From IMG/VR virus record IMGVR_UViG_3300025608_000019, positions 1,775 to 65,774 of that record: DNA of 64,000 nt. One strand, 5' to 3'. The notes beneath the pieces are model-generated. The model had not been told where the DNA came from and searched no databases. It was given only the letters and a program-made list of their open reading frames with translations. Shown piece by piece: positions 59,298 through 64,000 of this stretch. The position numbers and the translations under genes were made by a program. The stretch comes from a virus. Lineage: Duplodnaviria; Caudoviricetes. Within the stretch, counting starts at the first letter, position 1. Each line of letters starts with the position of its first letter.

Positions 59298-61145
59298 CTA
59301 GTCTTCTATGTAAACTATATTAGCTGCCATTTCATCTTCACCATATCTTGGTTTAGCCCATAGCGGGGCTCCTGGGAATTCTTCGTATGCCCAATCATTT
59401 AAACCAAGTTCTGTGAATCTTTTGTTAATTTGTTCGTTGTAATAATATCCAATGGTTCTTACTCTTCTTTGAATATCTGCTCTTGCCATATCGTGAGTGT
59501 TCTGTCCATTTGCATTATTATATAAGAATTGTACATATCCTAATTTTGGAATTTTACACGTAATAGTTTTTAAGAAAGTTCTTACGATTAATTCATAGTC
59601 ATCAACCGTTGGTAAACTCCTATTGTGTCCTCCTATTTCGAAATATGTAGATCTTCTCCAAGCTCTTGTATGATTTGGAACTCCAACAATATGCCTAATA
59701 GTCTTTGGATTAATATTATGCTGTGTTGCGACTTTCATCATTTCACCGTTATATTCTTCATCTCTATAAGCTCCGTATGCGAACGCAAAACCATCTGGAT
59801 ATGTTTGAGATTCCCAGTTTTCATTAACCTCTAATGTGTCGTTAAAAAAGAAACCAGCCTCTGGATGTTTTTTACCGGCTTTGTATAAATCTTCAGTACA
59901 CCATGGCACAAGTAAGTCATCGTGATCTAATTCAGCAAGAATAAATCCTTTAGCCATAGTACAGCATCTCCATTTAACTTCACCAATATTACCTCCACTC
60001 TTTTCTCTAAAATCGTATACTTTAACTCTTGGATCTCTACTTGCAATATCTTCAGCGATTTTAAGAGTTCTTCCTCCGTCAGTTGAGTCATTTACAAGAA
60101 CCCATTCCCAGTTACTATAAGTCTGTTGTAATAGTGAATCGTAGGTTTCGTATAATTTATTTCCTGTGTTATAAATTGGAGTAAACCAAGATATTAAATC
60201 AGGATCTTCCAGATTATCAGGGTTTAATAAAGTTTCCATTGCTGATTGATATGCAGCCTGTCCAACTTCTTCGTCTGAAGGTCCATAAGGTACATTAAGC
60301 CATTTTCTTCTAAATTGAAGAGGTAAAGAAGCCATTCCTGGAAATTCTTCCCATGACTCTCCTCTAGACATAATCATATCTGGTTGGAATTGAGCTATTT
60401 CTACATGAACATTCTCGTCTGTTTTTAAATATCTAACATTTAAATTATCAGCTTCGTAATCTAATATCTTTTTAGATTTTAGCACGGGTTCGTCTTTGCC
60501 AATGTATAATATTTTTGGAACGTTTGCGGTTGATTTCTTTTCTAAAGCATTGTAGTAACATAATTCATCGACAGTATATGTAAACCACTCTGGATGATCT
60601 TTATGTACTTGTTCAATTAAAATACCATCTGCACAGTAATCCGCCTCGAATTTATAGCCGTGTTTATTGTATACTTCAACGTTAGCTATAAACTGCGCTA
60701 AATCAATTTCATGCTTTTTGACGTTGTTTGGATGAATCATTCTAAAATCTAACCCAGTAAAATCTTTACCAGCGACATTTTGAGAAAAGGTGTGTACCTT
60801 TTTTGTTGAGTCTTTTTTAGCAAGTTTTAGAATTGTTTCATAGAAATTAGGATGCATGATGTTATCGTCATCTAAGAAATATACCCAACCGCTCTTAAGA
60901 GTAGAAATTAATTCAGAAGATTGTGGGTATAACATACCTACTGCATCTCCTTTTTCAAAATAATATTTTGTTGATTTATCCTTAAGATCACTTAGCAATT
61001 CTGCGTCAATGTCTTTTAAAGTGGCAGTATCAAACATGACATGCCAATTAATTTTTAAACCCTTAGGTATGTTATTGAATACAGATTCTTTTACTGTACT
61101 TAAGTTGTGAAGCCTAGTGCTTCTTGTAATAATATGAATTACCAT
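59298..61145 (-). CDS. Two-domain GT-A/GT2 glycosyltransferase
   Basis: N-terminal domain YFLDDDN; C-terminal domain TPIYNT...LLQQTYSNWEWVLVNDS...LAELDHDD. Confidence 0.88.
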   Translation of the reverse strand: MVIHIITRSTRLHNLSTVKESVFNNIPKGLKINWHVMFDTATLKDIDAELLSDLKDKSTKYYFEKGDAVGMLYPQSSELISTLKSGWVYFLDDDNIMHPNFYETILKLAKKDSTKKVHTFSQNVAGKDFTGLDFRMIHPNNVKKHEIDLAQFIANVEVYNKHGYKFEADYCADGILIEQVHKDHPEWFTYTVDELCYYNALEKKSTANVPKILYIGKDEPVLKSKKILDYEADNLNVRYLKTDENVHVEIAQFQPDMIMSRGESWEEFPGMASLPLQFRRKWLNVPYGPSDEEVGQAAYQSAMETLLNPDNLEDPDLISWFTPIYNTGNKLYETYDSLLQQTYSNWEWVLVNDSTDGGRTLKIAEDIASRDPRVKVYDFREKSGGNIGEVKWRCCTMAKGFILAELDHDDLLVPWCTEDLYKAGKKHPEAGFFFNDTLEVNENWESQTYPDGFAFAYGAYRDEEYNGEMMKVATQHNINPKTIRHIVGVPNHTRAWRRSTYFEIGGHNRSLPTVDDYELIVRTFLKTITCKIPKLGYVQFLYNNANGQNTHDMARADIQRRVRTIGYYYNEQINKRFTELGLNDWAYEEFPGAPLWAKPRYGEDEMAANIVYIED

Positions 61146-61176
61146 TATAAAGTATTTATGTGAATTGATTTATTAG

Positions 61177-62106
61177 TTATACGTCAAAGAAGAACATTTG
61201 AAAAAATCTGGCATTATCAATTTGATCTCCAAAGTACTGAGTAGCTGCATGAATATTCTTTGCATCAAAAAGAACAAGTCTATTATACTTATTTCCAACC
61301 TCATCTATTTTTTCAAAGTTTGTACCATCATAAAAGTTCATTTCAGCGCTTTTTCCTGTAAATGCTCTCGCATATGCTTGAGTTGATCTTTTTTGGTCAT
61401 CAAATTTAAAATCACCAGTATGCTTACTTCTATAAAAGCTAGTACCAGTTGAGAGTGGAGCATCTTTAGTTAAGAAGACCATACCCGCATAAGTTTGATT
61501 ATCTACATGGTAGACTATTGGTTGATCAGCAGTACAGAATTGGAATATTCCATTTGCGTATCTGTCATGATTCCAATTAAAAATAGGTTTTCCAATAATT
61601 TCTTCTAATACTTCTTTAGTTCCATTTGTTGAAAATCTACTGGTTGCTCTTTCTCCTTTATGATAATCTGATGGAGAGAATTCTATTTCTTTAATTGCCC
61701 ATTCTCTAATAAAATCAGGATCAGCATAGAAATCATCTACTACAATAACTCCTTTATCTAAAGAATTATATCCTGAATAATATGCTACCCACTTTCCTAA
61801 TGATTCTATTTGAACTAAATCATCTGAACCTCCAAATCTAATTTGAAGAGGTTTTAGAGCATCCGATTTGTTTATTGTAAATTTAACTCCAGGTTTTAGT
61901 CCTTTTGGATCGTATGTTTGAGTTACATCGTGTCTTGGACTAAATATAGGATTAATAGATTTCGAATCTATTAAAAGGTCCTCGACTTCGTGTTCAGTTG
62001 AGCATATCCACCCACTAAACGTGAGGATGTCTTTATTATTTTCAATTGAATCAATGTACATGTATGTTCCATACACTGATGTTACGTGTTTAATTATATC
62101 TGCCAT
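61177..62106 (-). CDS. Ig-like domain + 2OG-Fe(II) oxygenase-like (DUF6445-like) protein
   Basis: N-terminal SGW...RHDV; C-terminal VVDDFYADPD, HVD..YAGMVFL, GTSFY, YNRLVLFD..IHAA, RFFQMFF. Confidence 0.7.
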   Translation of the reverse strand: MADIIKHVTSVYGTYMYIDSIENNKDILTFSGWICSTEHEVEDLLIDSKSINPIFSPRHDVTQTYDPKGLKPGVKFTINKSDALKPLQIRFGGSDDLVQIESLGKWVAYYSGYNSLDKGVIVVDDFYADPDFIREWAIKEIEFSPSDYHKGERATSRFSTNGTKEVLEEIIGKPIFNWNHDRYANGIFQFCTADQPIVYHVDNQTYAGMVFLTKDAPLSTGTSFYRSKHTGDFKFDDQKRSTQAYARAFTGKSAEMNFYDGTNFEKIDEVGNKYNRLVLFDAKNIHAATQYFGDQIDNARFFQMFFFDV

Positions 62107-62131
62107 ATTAGATTATATTAAAAAAATTAGT

Positions 62132-63196
62132 TTAGTTTATTTTTCTAGATTTTTCGTAGTCTAGATCTTTATAAGTTTCTTTGTTAATATATTTATCAAT
62201 ATTAACCGTGGGTCTTGGGTTTATTTTTGTTATCTCTCTAAATATTTCAGCATCCGATAATCCTGAGTCAAACATACCTAATACGTCTCTTTCCCATATA
62301 TGATTATGTTTTTCTAAACCTCTATAATCGGTATCTGTAGAACAGCACCCACAGAAAGATTCAGTAAAAAACATATACCCATATTTACATGAGTTTTTTC
62401 CAGGAAGATTAAACTTATTACAGCCTCTATTTGAATTAATCCAAAGATCCCAATCTTCTTTAATCGTAAAATGTTCATAGTGAACGAAGTTACCGAATTT
62501 TATCCAAGCTCCGTTTAATTTAATCGATTCACAAGCATTTATTTCTGCCATTCCCCATTGTTCATTTCCTTTTATTTCTAAAGAGTTTCCATTAGAATCA
62601 TAAAATTCCTTTAATGGAAATATTCCTTTATCGAAATACGCGCTCATTCTTCTAATAGTCGGAGTGTTGACATACTCTCTTTCCTTTAAAATAACAAAGG
62701 TATCTCCATTATCTATTTCATTTAGTACATTCTCTGGGGTGATCCAATATCCATATCCATATTGTCTGTCGTCTAAGTCATCGAGGTATCTTCTAAATTG
62801 AACCTGATCAATTTCTGGATTTTCTTTGAGTAATTTAACACCGTTCTGTAACCATTCACCAGAGAAACCCGTAATGTTATTAGGTATACAGATCCAGTCT
62901 CCTTCTAGAAAAAGACTAAATTCGTATTCTTTAGATAATTCGTTAAGTTTATTTATGCCTGCACCTGGTCCGGTATTTTTAGAATTAATATGTATTTCGA
63001 AATCGATTAAATGTTCGTATTTTTTAATTGATTCATCTAATACTTTATTAATATCTTCATTGGTGACATTTACTAGAATATACCATTTAATAATAGGTCC
63101 ATTGTAGGATTCAATAAATGTTTTAATGGTTGATTTAAGAGCGTCTGCTCGATCTGGTGCATTATGCGTTAGAGTGCATATACAAAAGTTTTCCAT
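62132..63196 (-). CDS. GT2-like glycosyltransferase with Cys-rich C-terminus
   Basis: ICTLTHN..R...LKSTI, KNTGPGAGIN, LFLEGDW. Confidence 0.65.
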   Translation of the reverse strand: MENFCICTLTHNAPDRADALKSTIKTFIESYNGPIIKWYILVNVTNEDINKVLDESIKKYEHLIDFEIHINSKNTGPGAGINKLNELSKEYEFSLFLEGDWICIPNNITGFSGEWLQNGVKLLKENPEIDQVQFRRYLDDLDDRQYGYGYWITPENVLNEIDNGDTFVILKEREYVNTPTIRRMSAYFDKGIFPLKEFYDSNGNSLEIKGNEQWGMAEINACESIKLNGAWIKFGNFVHYEHFTIKEDWDLWINSNRGCNKFNLPGKNSCKYGYMFFTESFCGCCSTDTDYRGLEKHNHIWERDVLGMFDSGLSDAEIFREITKINPRPTVNIDKYINKETYKDLDYEKSRKIN

Positions 63197-63224
63197 AGTA
63201 TTATATTATATTATTATATATCAC

Positions 63225-63256
63225 AAAAAAAGGGACCCTCTTTCGAGGATCCCTTT
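63225..63256 (-). terminator. Rho-independent terminator (GAAA tetraloop) after the collagen gene
   Basis: Minus strand GGGATCCTC-GAAA-GAGGGTCCC-T7. Confidence 0.88.
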
Positions 63257-63293
63257 AACCTTAACTATTAATATCTAAAGTTTATGTTAGATA

Positions 63294-64000
63294 TTAGATT
63301 CTACCTCCACCTGCTATTTGTAGTTGAACAGTTTGTCCATCTATAACAACTTGGAAAATTTGAGATCTTTCATCGTACATAATCGTTTCAATATGAGAAA
63401 GATGCGAGTTACCATTAGAACCATTAGAACCGTTAGAACCAGCAGGACCAGCAGGACCAGTATAACCTTGATAACCTCTTGCACCAGTAGATCCACCAGG
63501 ACCAGTAGCACCAGTATTACCTTTAGCACCAGTAGGACCAGTTGGACCTTGGCGACCTTGAGCACCAGTTGCACCAGTATTACCAGTGTTACCTTTAGCA
63601 CCAGTTGCACCTTGAGATCCAGGAGTATCTACCAATTCGAAATGTAAACCATATTGTCCTCCGCCATTATCATAAATACTGACATGTGGTGATTTAGCAT
63701 ATGCGTCGATAGTTGGCGCAGCCCATGTTGGCATATTACCAGTGTTACCTTTAGCACCTTTAGCTCCTTGAGCACCAGTACCACCTCCAGGACCAGTAGG
63801 ACCTTGACGACCTTGAGCACCAGTACCACCTCCAGGACCTGTTGGACCTTGACGACCTTGAGCACCTGTAGAACCTCCAGGACCTGTTGGACCTTGACGA
63901 CCTTGAGCACCTGTAGAACCTCCAGGACCTATTGGACCTTGGCGACCTTGAGCACCTGTAGAACCTCCAGGACCTATTGGACCTTGGCGACCTTGAGCAC
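63294..64000 (-). CDS. Collagen-like (Gly-X-Y) fibre protein, truncated at the right window edge
   Basis: The frame of ORF 63294-63734 stays open to 64000 as ([15 protein letters not shown])n; the Met at 63734 is internal. Confidence 0.85.
   Translation of the reverse strand, partial: AQGRQGPIGPGGSTGAQGRQGPIGPGGSTGAQGRQGPTGPGGSTGAQGRQGPTGPGGGTGAQGRQGPTGPGGGTGAQGAKGAKGNTGNMPTWAAPTIDAYAKSPHVSIYDNGGGQYGLHFELVDTPGSQGATGAKGNTGNTGATGAQGRQGPTGPTGAKGNTGATGPGGSTGARGYQGYTGPAGPAGSNGSNGSNGNSHLSHIETIMYDERSQIFQVVIDGQTVQLQIAGGGRI
63765..64000 (-). repeat. 45-bp tandem repeat (about 5 copies) encoding a 15-aa collagen unit
   Basis: Unit ccttgagcacctgtagaacctccaggacctattggaccttggcga and variants. Confidence 0.9.

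Larger units (their letters stand above)
1755..63222 (-). promoter_or_regulatory. Dispersed late-promoter-like box GATATATA (10 perfect copies at or next to gene boundaries; span of the set is given)
   Basis: + strand TATATATC at 1755, 6080, 7235, 20299, 34072, 35528, 43517, 46934, 50030 and 63215; AATATATA variants at 31875, 37734, 39623 and 56431. Confidence 0.7.

Noticed and set aside
748-63647. All + strand ORFs in the track (e.g. 748-1062, 14651-15100, 22084-22674, 42446-42838)
   Set aside because: They lie antisense to long, motif-bearing minus-strand genes, show the hydrophobic/Ser-rich composition typical of shadow ORFs, and have no recognisable motifs.
1954-63910. Short alternative-frame minus-strand ORFs (1954-2352, 5717-5935, 13866-14111, 18138-18365, 21128-21373, 25740-25931, 33429-33635, 63341-63610, 63629-63910)
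   Set aside because: They are nested in, or almost wholly overlap, better-supported genes; the last two are off-frame readings of the collagen repeat.
63765-64000. Possible CRISPR array
   Set aside because: The units are contiguous with no unique spacers, are a multiple of 3 in length, and encode in-frame Gly-X-Y; no cas genes are present.
1-64000. Stop-codon reassignment, as in some large Bacteroidota phages
   Set aside because: Conserved enzymes are full-length and genes pack end to end under code 11; TAG and TGA both appear as plausible terminal stops.
1-64000. tRNA, rRNA, integrase, transposase, intron or intein
   Set aside because: No cloverleaf or T-loop motif found in the short intergenic gaps; no interrupted conserved genes or homing-endonuclease motifs seen by eye.

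Overview
A 64-kb, strongly AT-rich, gene-dense fragment of a large T4-like (myovirus-type) phage genome. Every credible gene lies on the minus strand and the standard code (table 11) gives intact, end-to-end ORFs. Left to right on the + coordinates: a truncated modular head-internal protein; a replication/recombination block (UvsW, UvsY, primase, gp32 SSB, RuvC-like resolvase); a ~36 kb tail/baseplate block (gp3-like, candidate spanin, two paralogous collagen + tail-collar fibres, several very large unknown structural proteins, gp7/gp6/gp25/gp13/gp5/gp53-like genes) interrupted by an amidoligase and a four-domain ribosomal protein bS1; dCMP deaminase; a cluster of proteins with T4-style capsid-targeting N-termini that includes an ART-like protein and a RimK-like ATP-grasp ligase; UV endonuclease; small early genes behind a 4-copy promoter; RNase HII, PhoH, ribosomal protein bS21 flanked by three UVR-motif proteins and a DnaJ; and a glycosyltransferase/2OG-Fe(II) oxygenase cluster next to a truncated collagen-like gene. 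bS1/bS21 features, promoter shape and SD-less A-rich leaders point to a Bacteroidota host (inference). The best novel-system candidates are (i) a 30S-platform remodelling set (bS1 + bS21 + virion-loaded RimK-like ligase), (ii) the capsid-targeted injected-effector locus and (iii) a collagen-fibre hydroxylation/glycosylation module. All family assignments come from motif recognition by eye and memory; no searches were run.
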